64,000 nt of DNA from an uncultured Planctomycetota bacterium (GCA_963849325.1 CAWKHF010000007.1:96001-160000); one strand, 5' to 3'; counted from the first letter of the stretch, positions 1-11,751 are shown. A program made the numbers and translations. The notes: generated by a model not told the origin, from the sequence alone.

Positions 1-30
1 AGCGGCTCTGGAGTTGCCTTGATTCGTGGG

Positions 31-243
31 CTACGGCGGGCGAGTGAAGGTTTCGTCGTCAATGGAGCCAAAGGTTTTCTCAAAATATCCCGGCGGCCAG
101 CCGCGCTCTTCCGGCGTGGTTGCGACGGTCTTGGGTTGCAAGACGACCACCACCTCGTATTCCGCTTCCGGCTGGCCTAGTGGGATGCGCAAGAATAGCG
201 TCCCATCTTTTCCCGTCTTTTCCAGCACACGAATCGTTTGCAT
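31..243 (-). CDS. small hypothetical protein, antitoxin-like (type often found upstream of PIN/VapC toxins)
   Basis: 70 aa; AGGAGG RBS; 'GKDGTLFLRIP...EVVVVLQP...GWPPGYFEKTFGS' pattern recalled from small TA antitoxins; no toxin visible before the window edge. Confidence 0.5.
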   Translation of the reverse strand: MQTIRVLEKTGKDGTLFLRIPLGQPEAEYEVVVVLQPKTVATTPEERGWPPGYFEKTFGSIDDETFTRPP

Positions 244-272
244 GGCACCACCTCCTTTTTCGGCTTCCTCAA

Positions 273-1017
273 CTAAACGCGAAAATCGCGCCAGACCCCG
301 TCCTCCCCGCGCAGCTGGTTGGGCACGAAGCGCGGCTTGTACGACATGGAGCCGCAGCCCTCGACGTAGTAGCCGAGATAGACGTGGGGCAGCCGCCGCC
401 GCGCCGCTTCCTCAATGAGGCAGAGCACGTTCCAGGTGCCCAGCGCAGCGCTGTCGCTGCCGCGGGTCGTAAAAGAAATAGATGGCCGACAACCCCCCCA
501 GCGGCTCCTCGAACCCGGCCGGCGGGCCGGGCAGTACATCGACGTAGCCGACGCCGACCAGTTGGCCGTTGACGTAGTAGCACCACTCCTCGACGGGGAA
601 GGGATGATGGACGAACGAATCGGCGTAGCTGGAGGCGTCGCGCCGGGCGTGAGGCGGCCAACCCTTGTGGTCGGACTGAAAGGCGTGATAGCGGTCGTAC
701 AGGGCGAGCTTGGCGCGGTTGACGGACGGTTCGCCGATGTGCAGCTCGACGACGCCTTCGTTGGTCTGTCGGCAGCGGCGCTGGCTGCGGTCGGGGCGAA
801 AATGCGGCACGACAACGCGCAGCGAGCGGCAGGCGCGGCACGTCTGACAGACCGGACGGAACAGCATGTGGCCGAAGCGGCGCCAGTTGTCGAGCATGCG
901 GCCGAGGTACTCGGCCGGCGTCATGTCGGCGACGTAGTCGTACTCCAGGCGCCACCTCTGTTCGGGCAGATAGCCGCACCGCGTCGGCGTGGCCACATAA
1001 TGAAACAGCGATTCCAT
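273..1017 (-). CDS. arginyl-tRNA--protein transferase family (ATE/Bpt), frameshifted near 450
   Basis: N-part 'CGYLP...WRRFG..LFRPVCQTCRACRSLRV...SQRR' (412..1017 frame) continues in the 273..815 frame as 'LGTWNVL...HVYLGYYVEGCGSMSYK'. Confidence 0.85.
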
Positions 1018-1024
1018 GAACGGC

Positions 1025-1797
1025 TCACTTCTTCATCTTGCGCGCCGACTCGGCGCGTCAGCCAATCGCTGACCGGCTGCGGCGTGTGCCGCAGCAAGCG
1101 CAGCTTCCAGGCGGTGCGGGCCGGGAACGCCAGGAACGGCTTGCGAGCGCGGAGGCCGCGCACGATGAGGCGGACAGCCTCCCTCACGTCCATCATATCC
1201 GAGGCGGGCACGTCGAGGGGAGCGGTCAAGGGCGTGCGCACCCAGCCGGGGCAGATCGTCGTCACGGCGATGCCCAGCGGCGCGCAGCTCGACGCGCAGA
1301 GAGTCGAGCAGGCTGTTGAGTCCGGCCTTACTGGCGCAGTAGCCGGCCATGCGCGGCAGGCCGCGATACGAGGCCATGCTCGACAGAGCGGCCAGGTGTC
1401 CCCGGCGGCGCTGGCACATGCCGGGCAGGACGGCGTCGATGGTGTTGGCGACGCCGATGAGGTTGACCTGGACCTGGGCCGCGAAGTCCTCGCCGCGGAA
1501 GGCGTCGGCCGGCGTCTCGATGCCGATGCCGGCGCTGGCCACGAGCAAGTCCGTCGGCCCGAGCTGCCCTTCCAGCTGGGCCACGGCCGCGCGCACCGCC
1601 GACAGGTCCGTGACGTCGGCAACGGCGCAGGCGATGGTCTGTCCTTTCAACTCGGCGGCGAGGCTGTCGAGGGCTTCGGTCTGCCGATCCAGGGCGGCGA
1701 TGCGTGCGCCCGCGGAGGCCAACGTAACGGCAAGTTCTCGACCGATGCCGCTGGCCGCTCCGGTGATGAGTGCGACGCGATTGCGAAAGGAGTCCAT
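1025..1797 (-). CDS. SDR family oxidoreductase, frameshifted
   Basis: 'ALITGAASGIG' Rossmann motif, 'YCASK' catalytic motif; C-terminus 'TTICPGWVRT' in an alternate frame; exact stop uncertain. Confidence 0.85.
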
Positions 1798-1806
1798 GCT
1801 TTCTCG

Positions 1807-1925
1807 TAGGGTTTCGGGTTTCGGGTAAAGAACAGCCGACTGCCTCCACCCGTCGTCCTCGTCTCCCGGCCCCTCTTACCCTAACCTCTAAACCCGAAAC
1901 CCTAAACCCTAAAACCTAAAACCTT
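1807..1925. repeat. inverted pair of short heptamer arrays (GGGTTTC / AAACCCT-like)
   Basis: agggtttcgggtttcgggt at ~1808-1826 faces aaacccgaaaccctaaaccctaaaacctaaaacc at ~1889-1923, in the divergent intergenic region. Confidence 0.7.
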
Positions 1926-2019
1926 GACCCGTTTACCCTCCCCATACAAGAATAAGATGGAGCCTGCCACGACGCCGGCGAGCGTTCCTCGTTGCGGCAG
2001 GCGCGATCGAGGAGCGACG

Positions 2020-3268
2020 ATGTCCGCACGGGAGCGTCCACAGTTACGTCCGCATCTGGCGGCGACGCCGGAAGGACGAGGGGGGTACGTCATCTGGGAC
2101 CAGTTACGCCTCGCGGATCGCCGCATCCGCGTGTCGCCCCTGGAAATGACCTGGCTGCGTCTGTTCGATGGCCGGCACACGCTCCGCGACATCCAGGCCG
2201 AGGCCATGCGGCACATCGATGGCCAGCTGGTCCCGCTGGAAGTTTTCACTCGTCTCGTCCAGGAACTCGACGACGCCTTTTTCCTCGAAGGTCCGCGTTT
2301 CCGCAACCTCCTCCGCGAGTACGCCAACCACCCCATCCGGCCACCCTCGTGTACCGCCAGTTATGGGCAGGATCCCGTACACATCCGCCGACTGTTCGAT
2401 GCCCTGTTCACCGGACCCGGCGGGCCGGGGCGTCCGGCACCGCGCCAGCCGGACGAGCGTTTTCGCGCCGCCCTCATCCCGCACATCGATTATCCGCGCG
2501 GCGGACGCACCTACGCCTGGGCCTTCAAGGAACTCTTCGAGCACACGCCGGCGCGGCTGTTCGTCATCGTCGGCACCTCGCACTACAGCTATCACCGTTT
2601 CACGCTCACGCGCAAGCACTTCCAGACACCGCTCGGCATCGCTCGGACGGACCAGTCGTACATCGACCGCCTGGCCGCTCGCTACGGCGATGGCCTTTTC
2701 GACGATGAATTGGCGGCCCATTTGCCGGAGCACTCGATTGAGCTGGAGGTGGTATTCTTGCAGTATCTCTATCCGGAAACGCCCTTTCGCATCGTGCCGC
2801 TGGTGGTCGGCTCCTTCCACGACTGCATCGCGCTGGGCCGCGAGCCGGTCGGACAGGACGACATCGGCCGCATGATCGAGGCACTGCGGGCCGTCGAGCG
2901 GGAAACGCCGGAGCCGATCTGCTACATCATCAGCGGCGACCTGGCCCACGTCGGCCCGAAGTTCGGCGATCCGCGGCCGGTCGGCCCGACCCTTCTGACG
3001 CACAGCCGCCGTCAGGACCACGCTCTCTTACACGAACTCGGCGAGGCGGCGCGGAAGACGTCCCCCACCGCACCGCCGGACACGGCAGCGTATTTCCGCG
3101 TCATCGCCGAGGAAGGCGACGCGCCGCCGCATCTGTGGGCTGCCGCCCACCTACACGGTCCTCGAAGCCATCCGTCCCGGCAGCGGCAAGCTGCTGCACT
3201 ACGATCAATATGTCCATCCCGACGGTTACGAGAGTGTCAGCTTCGCCAGCATGGTGTTTTACCAATGA
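2020..3268 (+). CDS. amrB: MEMO1 family / AmmeMemoRadiSam system protein B, frameshifted near 3120
   Basis: 'LIPHIDY', 'IVGTSH', 'EHSIELE', 'ISGDLAHVG' motifs; C-terminus 'RRICGLPPTY...SVSFASMVFYQ*' in the shifted frame ends at TGA 3266-3268. Confidence 0.85.
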
Positions 3269-4251
3269 AGGACAAGCTATCCCTGGAGTGCGCCGACTCG
3301 GCCCCTCGACCTGACCCTGTACGGGAGAACTGCCCCGGCGGCAGCGCCCACGACTGTGCCCTGTCCTGCGCCGACGTGTGTGCCCTGCATCCGGGCGAGA
3401 AGGTTGAGCCGATTGTCTTGTCCGAGGCGCTGGAGCGCTTCGCGCGCGAGGCGGTGCAAGGCACCTGCGACACGAGCCGCTATCGTCTGCCGTACTACAC
3501 CTGGGGCGAAGGACCGCCCTTGTTGTTCGTGCATGGCGTCGGCGACAGCAGCCGCTCGTTCCTCCAGCCGATTTCGCGTCTGTCGGCCCATTTCCGCTGC
3601 ATCGCCTACGACCTGCCGAGCGGCCGCCGCGACGGCGCCCGCCTGCGCCGCTATTCCCACGACCATCTCGTCGCGGACGTCTGGGCGCTGCTCGATCACC
3701 TGGGACTGCGGCAGAGTTACATCCTCGGCTCGTCGTTCGGCGCGACGATCGTCTTGAAGGCGATGCACGACCAGCCGGAGCGTCTGCCGCGCGGCATCCT
3801 GCAAGGCGGGTTGGCGTATCGGCCGCTGCGGCGCGCCGAGCGGTTCCTGGCGTACTGGGGACGTTTCCTGCCCGGCTCGATGGCTGGTCTGCCGCTGCGC
3901 GAGAAGGTGCTGCTCAAGACCACCGGCAGCGCCTTCAAGGAGTTGTTCCCCGAGGTGTGGAATCATTTCCTCGACACATCCGGCCGGGCGCGGCTGGCGG
4001 CCTTCGCCTGCCAGGCGCACATGCTGCACCAGCTCGACCTGCGGCCGATCCTGCCCGGTGTTCGTCAGCCGGTGCTCCTCATCTGCGGCGATCAGGACCG
4101 CGTGGTGCCGCGGCCCTACGAAGAGGTGCTTCTACAAGGGCTGCCCAACGCCGGCCGCGTGGTGATCCAGGGCTGCGGCCACGTCCCCAGCTATACCCAT
4201 CCCGAGGTGTACGCCGAAGTGATCCGGCAGTTTTTGACGCCGTCTCCATGA
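3265..4251 (+). CDS. alpha/beta fold hydrolase
   Basis: ATGA overlap with the upstream stop; 'LLFVHG', GxSxG nucleophile 'GSSFG', 'GDQD', 'GCGH'. Confidence 0.85.
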   Translation: MKDKLSLECADSAPRPDPVRENCPGGSAHDCALSCADVCALHPGEKVEPIVLSEALERFAREAVQGTCDTSRYRLPYYTWGEGPPLLFVHGVGDSSRSFLQPISRLSAHFRCIAYDLPSGRRDGARLRRYSHDHLVADVWALLDHLGLRQSYILGSSFGATIVLKAMHDQPERLPRGILQGGLAYRPLRRAERFLAYWGRFLPGSMAGLPLREKVLLKTTGSAFKELFPEVWNHFLDTSGRARLAAFACQAHMLHQLDLRPILPGVRQPVLLICGDQDRVVPRPYEEVLLQGLPNAGRVVIQGCGHVPSYTHPEVYAEVIRQFLTPSP

Positions 4252-4384
4252 CAACGGTACGGTCGTTGGTTAGCGATGGCTCTCCGAACCGCCGTTAAAC
4301 GTTGTCGTCTCGGCGGACATCCTGCTGCGCGCATCGTATACCATCCTCCACAAGGGACACCTCGCCGGCCCACAGGATCGAACC

Positions 4385-5644
4385 GTGAACACCCCTGAAC
4401 CGCGCATCCACATCATCGGTATCGGCAGCGACGGCCTCGCCGGACTGACCAGCCGCGCCCGCGATCTGCTGCTGTCGGCCGACGTCGTCTTCGGCTCCGA
4501 GCACACGCTGAAATTGCTGCCGGAAATCAAGGCCGAGCGCCGACCGCTGGGGTCCGACATGCAGGAAGCCGTCAGCACCCTCACCAGTCTTCTCGGCCGC
4601 AAGCGGCTAGCGATCGTGGCCAGTGGCGATCCGCTCTTTTACGGCGTGGCTCGCTACCTGTGCGATCGGCTGGGCAAGGAGCGTTTCGAGGTGCTACCGC
4701 ACGTCAGCAGCATGCAGTTGGCCTTCGCGCGGATCAAGGAGACGTGGGAGGAAGCCTACCTGACCAATCTGCAAACGCATCCTCTGGAGAGCGTGCTCGA
4801 TCGCATCCGCACGGCCGAGACGGTCGGCCTGTTCCCCTCCGAGAAGGAGGGACCGGCGGAGATCGCTCGCACGCTGCTGGCTCGCGGACTCGACTACTTC
4901 CGCGCCTACGTCTGCGAGAACCTCGGAGGGCCGGACGAGCGCGTCACCCAGGGCGAGCTGCGCGACATCCAGGACATGGAGTTCGCCCCGCTCAACGTGG
5001 TCGTCCTCAAACGCAAGCCAGGCCGGCCGGATCGTCCGGCGACGGCGGCGCGCTTCCGGCCGTTCGGCAACCCCGACGACGTGTTCGCCCAGAGTCGGCC
5101 CAAGAGCGGACTCATCACCCAGGCCGAGGTACGCTCGATCGCCCTGGCGGAACTGGCCATTCAGCCGGCCGCCGTCGTCTGGGACATCGGCGCCGGCTCC
5201 GGCTCGGTCGCCATTGAGGCGGCCCGGCTGAGCGATCCCGGCCCCGTCTACGCCATCGAGCAGGACGCCGCCGACTATCACCTGATTCTGGCCAATGCTT
5301 CGGCGTTCGGCGCCACCAACCTGCACGCGATCCACGGCATCGCCCCGGACGTTTTCGCCGACCTGCCGGCGCCGGACGCCGTCTTCGTCGGCGGCACCGG
5401 CCATGAGGTCGCGCGGTTGCTCGAATCGGCCTGGGACGCGCTGCGGCCAGGCGGACAGATGGTTGTCAACGTGGCCACACTGGAGAGCCTCAGCGCAACG
5501 CATGCCGTGCTGAAACGCTTGGCTGGGAGTGTGCGCGTGCTGCTGGTGAACATCGTGCGCGGCAATGAGCAGCTGGAGACGCTGCGCTTTGAGGCGGTCA
5601 ATCCGACGTTTTTGCTTGCCATCGGCAAACCGGCCGCAAGGTAA
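4385..5644 (+). CDS. cobL: bifunctional precorrin-6Y C5,15-methyltransferase (CbiE/CbiT)
   Basis: 'IIGIG', 'ASGDPLFYG' CbiE half; 'ITQAEVR', 'WDIGAGSGSVAIE', 'PDAVFVGG' CbiT half. Confidence 0.92.
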   Translation: MNTPEPRIHIIGIGSDGLAGLTSRARDLLLSADVVFGSEHTLKLLPEIKAERRPLGSDMQEAVSTLTSLLGRKRLAIVASGDPLFYGVARYLCDRLGKERFEVLPHVSSMQLAFARIKETWEEAYLTNLQTHPLESVLDRIRTAETVGLFPSEKEGPAEIARTLLARGLDYFRAYVCENLGGPDERVTQGELRDIQDMEFAPLNVVVLKRKPGRPDRPATAARFRPFGNPDDVFAQSRPKSGLITQAEVRSIALAELAIQPAAVVWDIGAGSGSVAIEAARLSDPGPVYAIEQDAADYHLILANASAFGATNLHAIHGIAPDVFADLPAPDAVFVGGTGHEVARLLESAWDALRPGGQMVVNVATLESLSATHAVLKRLAGSVRVLLVNIVRGNEQLETLRFEAVNPTFLLAIGKPAAR

Positions 5645-5684
5645 GCACCATCAGTTAAGTTCATGTCCATGACAGGCTGGACGC

Positions 5685-5912
5685 TCATGGGCCGACCAAA
5701 GTTTCTTCCCGTTCTTCCAGCCGCCAAGCCGCGTAAGTCAGCGCAGCATCAATGTCTTCGGATTCCAAGTAGGGATACGCTTGCAGAATCCGTTCGCGGG
5801 AATGGCCGGGAGCAAGGAGGCCGAGGATTGTGCCCACCGTGACACGAAGTCCGCGAATACAAGGCTTACCCCCCATTACAGCGGGATTGTGAGTAATTCG
5901 AGAGATCTGCAT
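5685..5912 (-). CDS. DUF433 domain antitoxin-like protein
   Basis: 'RITHNPAVMGGKPCIRGLRVTV...YPYLESEDIDAAL.YAA' is the canonical DUF433 pattern. Confidence 0.9.
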   Translation of the reverse strand: MQISRITHNPAVMGGKPCIRGLRVTVGTILGLLAPGHSRERILQAYPYLESEDIDAALTYAAWRLEEREETLVGP

Positions 5913-5945
5913 GGGAAGACTCCTCCTTATCTAATTCTTTGCTGC

Positions 5946-8454
5946 TCACACCATACCCCAGCGCCGGCGCAGCAGCCATTCGACCGACAGCAACGTCACA
6001 AACAGCACAAAGAAGAGCGGGAAAAACGCCGATCGCCCCGTCGTTCGCCAGTCCGGCCGCAGGGACAGCTTCGGTTTGTTGCGCGCCAGGTTCTCCGTCT
6101 GCATGCGTCGCAGGAACGCCGGCAATTCCTCGACGCGGTGAAAGTCGCCGCCGCCGGCCGCGGCCAACTTCTTGAGGAAATCGTGATCGGCGGCGCGACG
6201 GCTCATCTCGACGTCCTCGTCGTAGACGATGAAATGGGCCGACGCCTCGCCCTTGACCACCTCGTCCGCGACGGGGTCTTTCGCCTCGCCATGCACGGTG
6301 ATGCAGTATTCGCCGGGAACGTCGGTGCTGACGAAGGTGCCGCGGTCGTCGGTCGCCGTCCGCGCCGTCGGCACCGGCGTCTTGACGCCGCCGGGTCCGA
6401 CGACCTCGACAGTGTACTTGCCGTCCGGCAGCTCGACGCCGCCGCGACTGCGGACGCCGACGCTGAAGCCGAGGTCGTTGCGAACCGGCAGCCGCCGCGT
6501 GTCCGGCTTGATCCACACGCTGCCCTCGGCGTTCTCCTGCTTCGCCAGCCACAGGACCACCTGTCGCCAGAACCGCGCGTGCATCTGCTGCTTGGCGCGG
6601 TTGACGATCCAGCGGTGCGTCGTGTCGCCGGCGAAGGCCAGTACCCGTCCCGTGCCGTAAATCTGGGAGATCAGGATCGGCTCGCCCTTGTCCGACTCGG
6701 CCAGCACGGTCTCCTGCAATCCCTTCTTCGACTTGTGCAAACGGGCGATGCCTTCCAGCTCGGGCAAGTCCTCCCAGACCTTTTTCGGGTCTTTTTCGTC
6801 GTTCAAGCGCAGAATGTAACCGAACTTGCGCAGCCCGGCCTGCGTCGGCAGCATCTTGCGGTCCTCCTCGATCTGACCCCGCGAACGTCTCCATGTCGAT
6901 CGGCAGCATCTTCTCGATCGGCGTGCCCTGCCAGTCGCTGTTGCCGAACGAGGAATAACCGCCAAGCATGAGGAAGCCGGCCCCCTGTTCGACCAGGTGC
7001 TCGATGGCCGGCAGCGCCTGCGGGCTGACGGCCCGCATCTGGGCGGCGGTCACGTCGCCAAGAATGATGACGTCGTAGGGCTGTTTGTCGAAGCGAAACA
7101 GGTCGCCGCTGTTGGCGTCGAGCGTCTGTCCGCCGCGCAGCCAGACCGGCGTGACGCGGATACGCGGATCGGTACACAGCGCGTCGCAAATGAGCTGCGG
7201 CTCCCAGGGCCGTTGTTTGTCCACCAGCAGGACGCTGACGCCCTCCTTGGTGACGGTGACGAACGTCTCGATCTTGTTGTTGAGCGGGAACAGGTCGCCG
7301 GCCGGCGCCTGGTCTTTGCGGTGCGGATCGTCCGCCTGCACGCGCAACTTGACCTCGCCGGGCCGGGCCGGAGCGTTGCATTCGAGCTTGACCGCGTTGC
7401 CGTTCGTCAGCGGCAACACCTCATCGCGAGCCAGCACTTCCTTCTCGTCGAGGAAGAGACGGAGACGCACGGTGCTGTTCTCGAAGCCGGGCGCGTCCAG
7501 GAGCAGCTTGACGGTCAGCCGGCCCTTGCTCGGCACCAGGGCCGGCTCGGTGGCGATGGAGGTAATGGCGACGTCGCTCTGGCGGTCGGCCGTGGTCGAA
7601 TTGCCGCTAGCGAAGGCGTGAATCGGAGAGGGCAGGTTGCGCCAGCGGGCGGCCTCGGATAGCGCCGGCGTGCGGGGGCTGCCGTTATCGGCGCCGTCGC
7701 TGAGCAGCAGGAGATAACGCGGAGGCCGACCGCCCTCGCGCTGGTCGTACAGGGCGCGGAGCATGGCGCCGGTGTCGGTGCGCTGGCCGTCCGCAGCGCC
7801 GGGGTCATCGGGCTGGAACTCGACCACGTCGCCGGCGAACTTGTAAAAGCGCACGTCCACTTGCTGCTCTTCGCGCAGCCGATCCAGTTCCGGGCCGCTC
7901 TCGCGCAGCGTTTGCAGAAGCAATTCCCAGCGCGACAAGTGGTTGGACTCGTCCTGGATGGTCATGCTCCCGGAGTGATCGCAGACGATGAGGAGTAGGC
8001 CGCGGAGTTGGTTGCGTTCGGCGAAGGCCAGGGCCGGCCGGACGATCGCCAACCCGGTCAGCAGGAAGGCGAGCAGGCGCAGGGCGAGCACGACCGCGAT
8101 TCGTCGGCGGCTCGCTCCCGGACTGCCGAGATACGTCGAGATGGTCAGGCCGATCAGTCCGAGGGGCACAACGACCAGGAAGGCCATCGCCAGGCCGTGC
8201 CAGCGGCCGGCCGGCGCGCTGCTGACGTGTCCGGTGTGAAGGACCACCCAGCCGAACAGCAGGACCAGCAGGATGCCTCCGCCGCGCACCAGCTGACGCG
8301 GGCTCACGCCATAGGGCCGCCTCCGCCACAGGATCGGCAGGGCGAAGGCCGTCAGACCGGACAGCACGAGGGCGAGGACGACGTCGGAACTCGCCGACGA
8401 CAGGAATGGTCCCAGGTAAGACCACGGCCACAAGGGGTCCAGATGTACGGTCAT
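5946..8454 (-). CDS. membrane protein with VWA-like and glutamine amidotransferase-like domains (MoxR operon), frameshifted near 6880
   Basis: N-terminal TM helices, 'DHSGSM' MIDAS-like, 'LLSDGADN', 'YDVIILGD', 'GFLMLGGYSSFG'; C-terminus 'GTGRVLAFAGDTTHRW...EWLLRRRWGMV' in the 5946..6965 frame. Confidence 0.8.
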
Positions 8455-10699
8455 GATTGGGCTTGCCCCCCGACGGCCGTCTCTCCCGCTGCGGGGACGG
8501 CATGGCGATAGAAGCGGTTGGCCAGCAGGCTTTCGACTGTCAGCACGATCAGCACGGCCATCATGAGCCAGGGGAGCAACTCCAGAGGCGGCGGCCGCGT
8601 CGCCAGCAGCGCGTCCTTGAGACTAACCGTGCGTCCGACCTGGAGTAGCGTGTCTTTGCCCAGCACCGATTCGATCTCCTCCGCCGGCACCCGCTCCAGG
8701 ACGCTCTCTTGCGGGCGGACGTTCAGACTGCAGCCGGCGACGAGGTGTTTGTTGGCATCGCGCACGGCGTAATTGCCGGGCGCCGCCGCCTGCGGCAGCG
8801 ACAAGCGCGTCTCGCCCTCGACGGCCTTGAGGTTCGTCTCGGCGACGGCCAGGCCCGGACCATCCAGTGTGTACGGCGGTGCCGTCGGCTGGGACGGGAG
8901 CATGGCCTGCGGCACCTGGCCGCAGAAGTAGTTCAGCTCCGGCATCGCCGAGTCGCCGGCCAGGAAGCGGCACACCTGGTCTTCGAGCACCAGGCCAAAC
9001 GAGGAAGGACCCCAGTAATTGTGCCAGTAGCGATGGCCGCTCAGCTCCCGTGCATCCAGCGGCGTCGTGAAGAGGATGACGTGGCCGCCTCCGACGGCGC
9101 GGTCGAGCAGGGCTGGACTGCTTTTGCCATCGTCATAGTTCGCCAACACGATCGTGTCCTTCTCGGCCGGACCCACGGTCCAGTAGGCGTTGACACCCGG
9201 CCGTGACTGCTTCTTGGCGAAGTCGATGTCACCGCTGAGGATTACTTTGCGGAAATAGGCCGGGATGGGGTGTTTCACCTCGAAGCCGGACCAGCGAATG
9301 AGCGGCCGATCCGGGGCGTTTTCCTCGATCTTGTTCAGCGCGGCCGGCAAGAGTCCCGACTTTTTCCCTTCGTCGTTGTACGCCTGCAACCGCGGCCGCA
9401 TCTCCTCGCCGCTGGGCACCAGGACCACGCCGCCGCCGGCCTGGACGTAGCGCCCCAGCTTCGTCCACAGCTCCGCGTCCGGCACGCACTGAAACACACA
9501 GACAACGGCGTAGTCGCGCAGCTGCCGATCCTCCAGCTTGCCGGCCTCGGCCACGGGACGCACCTCGCACTGGAACATCTCGACCGCTTCCATCGCCCCC
9601 TTCCACGCCTTCCAAGGTTCCGGCCCCCTCGCGGGAGGATTGTCGGTCACGATGGTCAGCACCTTGCGCGGCGGCGCACCAGAAACGTGGCGAACGAGGT
9701 GTTGTTGAACGGCAGCGCGTCCGGCGTCTGGTGCTTGACCGTCACTTGATACGTCATCTCGCCGAGTCCGCCCGTCGGCCGCGGCGGCGCCTCGCGCTCG
9801 AAGACGAAGACACGCCTCTGCCCGGCGGAGAGCTGGATCGCCTGTTTCTTGTCGCTGTCCGGTTCGCTGTCGAGCTGGCACAGCAGTTCCGTGTCGAAGT
9901 CGGCGCCGGTGGCGGCGACGGTGACGTGAATCTGAATGCGGCCGCCGGGCGCAACGACCGCCGGCACCACTTCCACTTTCTCGATGGCCAGATCCTTCGG
10001 CTTGTCCGCGCCGACATCGACGAACAGAGCGTGGAGGCTGTCGGGTATCGACTTCGGGCCGGCCTGCGCATCCCAGCAGGCGCGCGTGCGATCGGAGAAC
10101 ACGTACAGGAAGCGCGGCGGCGGATCGTCGCCCTCGCCGACCTTCTCCAGCATCCGCACCGCCCGGTCGAGTTGCCGGTTCAGGACCGCGTTGGCGGGAC
10201 GAATGCGCAAGCTCTCGATGCGCGTCTGCGCCAGGGCTGGCGACACCCATTCCGCGCCGACATCGCCGGCGTCGTCGCCGCTGTCGAGCAGGGCGATCTG
10301 GCTGCCGGCGTCCATCTCGTCGAGCAGTTCGCGGGCGCGCTGCTTGGCCTCATCGAGACGGCTGCGGCCGGCGGCGCTGTACTCCATGCTGGCGCTGGTA
10401 TCGAAGACGAGCACGGCGGCGACGGGACGTTCGCCGCTGAACAGCGCGGCCACGCGCTGGGCAGCGATGCGCGGCCGGGCCAGGGCCAGGCACAGGGCCG
10501 CGATCACTCCCATACGCAGCAGCAACAACAGCAGGTGTTGCAGGCGCAGCTTGCGGCGGTTGATGAGGTGGCGCTGCGCAGGAAGCGGAAAGCGGGGAAC
10601 GGCAAATGCCGCGGCTTCTGCCGCATGAATGAGATGCAGCAGCACCGGCACGCCGACGAGCACCAGGCCGGCCAGAAGGTATCCGTGGATGAAGGTCAT
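8451..10699 (-). CDS. BatA N-terminal + VWA domain protein, frameshifted
   Basis: 'PVLLHL...LRLQHLLLLLLRM..LALARP' BatA double-TM, 'DTSASM' MIDAS; continues in the 8451..10250 frame to a C-terminal TM 'ESLLANRFY'. Confidence 0.8.
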
Positions 10700-10813
10700 G
10701 CCTCGCTCACTCCCTCTTTCGCCTCGACGGACAGGGGGATTTGACGGCCATCCTTACTTTACCGGATCGACGGACGGGCAACGCCACGGTTCGCCCCGCA
10801 AGCGGCTTACGCA

Positions 10814-11711
10814 TCAAAAGCGCCGCTGCCGCTGCACCAGATATTCCATCAGCGCCTTGTCGAAACTGACGCTCGTGTCGATCGGCACATAGTCGATGTT
10901 GGCCTTGGCGCATTCGCGCCGATAGAGCTCCTGAAATTCGCGGATCGCCTGCAGGTAGTCGCCGCGCATGCCCTTGGCGTCGAGCGTCAGCCGATCCGGC
11001 GACTCCACGTCCTCGAACTCGATCAGGCCCTCGAACGGGAAGTGGACCTCGGCCTCGTCGAGGATGTGAAACAGGATGATCTCGTTGCCGCGGTGGCGCA
11101 GATGGTGCAGGCTCTGCAGCACCGGCTCGGGATCGGTCAGCAGGTCGCTGAAGATCATGACCAGGCTCTTGCCGCGGATCATGCTCGCCAGCTGGTGCAG
11201 CGCACGCGGCGACGTCGGTCTCGCCGGCCGGCTTGAGGTTGGCGAGCACCGACAGGATGGTGCCCAGGTGCGTTCGCTTGCTGCGCGGCGGCAGGCTGGT
11301 CTGGATGCGCGTGTCGAACGTGACCAGGCCGACGGGGTCTTGCTGGTGGATCATCAGGTAGCCCAGGGCCGCCGCCAGGCAGATGGCGTACTCGAACTTG
11401 GTCAGCTCCTGGCGATAGGTGTAGGCCATCGACGCGCTGAGGTCCATGACCAGGTAGCCGGTCACGTTCGTCTCGGCCTGGAATTTTTTGAGATAATACT
11501 TGTCCGTCTTGGCGTAGACGTTCCAGTCGAGGTCTTTGAGGTCGTCGCCGGGGACGTATTTGCGGTGCTCGGAGAACTCGACGCTGAAGCCCTGGAAGGG
11601 GCTGGCGTGCAGGCCGGCGAGGAAGCCCTCGACGATGAACTTGGCCCGCAGGTCGAGCCGGGCGACCTGGCGGATCACTTTGGGCTGCAGGTATTTCTCG
11701 GCGGCGCTCAT
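10814..11711 (-). CDS. DUF58 domain protein, frameshifted near 11205
   Basis: 'GLHASPFQGFSVEFSEHRKYVPGDDLKDLDWNVYAKTDKYYLK', 'DLSASM'; C-half in the 10814..11182 frame. Confidence 0.9.
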
Positions 11712-11751
11712 GAAGACATTCTATCGGCCGAAGGAGGTGCTTTCCCAGCGA

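Noticed and set aside
1875-1925. Eukaryotic telomere or contamination
   Set aside because: Only a few degenerate units, embedded between bacterial genes and paired with an inverted copy.
1924-4251. Apparent 775-aa MEMO1-alpha/beta-hydrolase fusion
   Set aside because: An indel near 3120 shifts frame. The true MEMO C-terminus ends at TGA 3266-3268, overlapping the hydrolase ATG, so these are two genes.
4252-4384. Cobalamin riboswitch upstream of cobL
   Set aside because: Short region with no recognisable B12-box or conserved core; an Infernal/Rfam search would be needed to exclude it fully.
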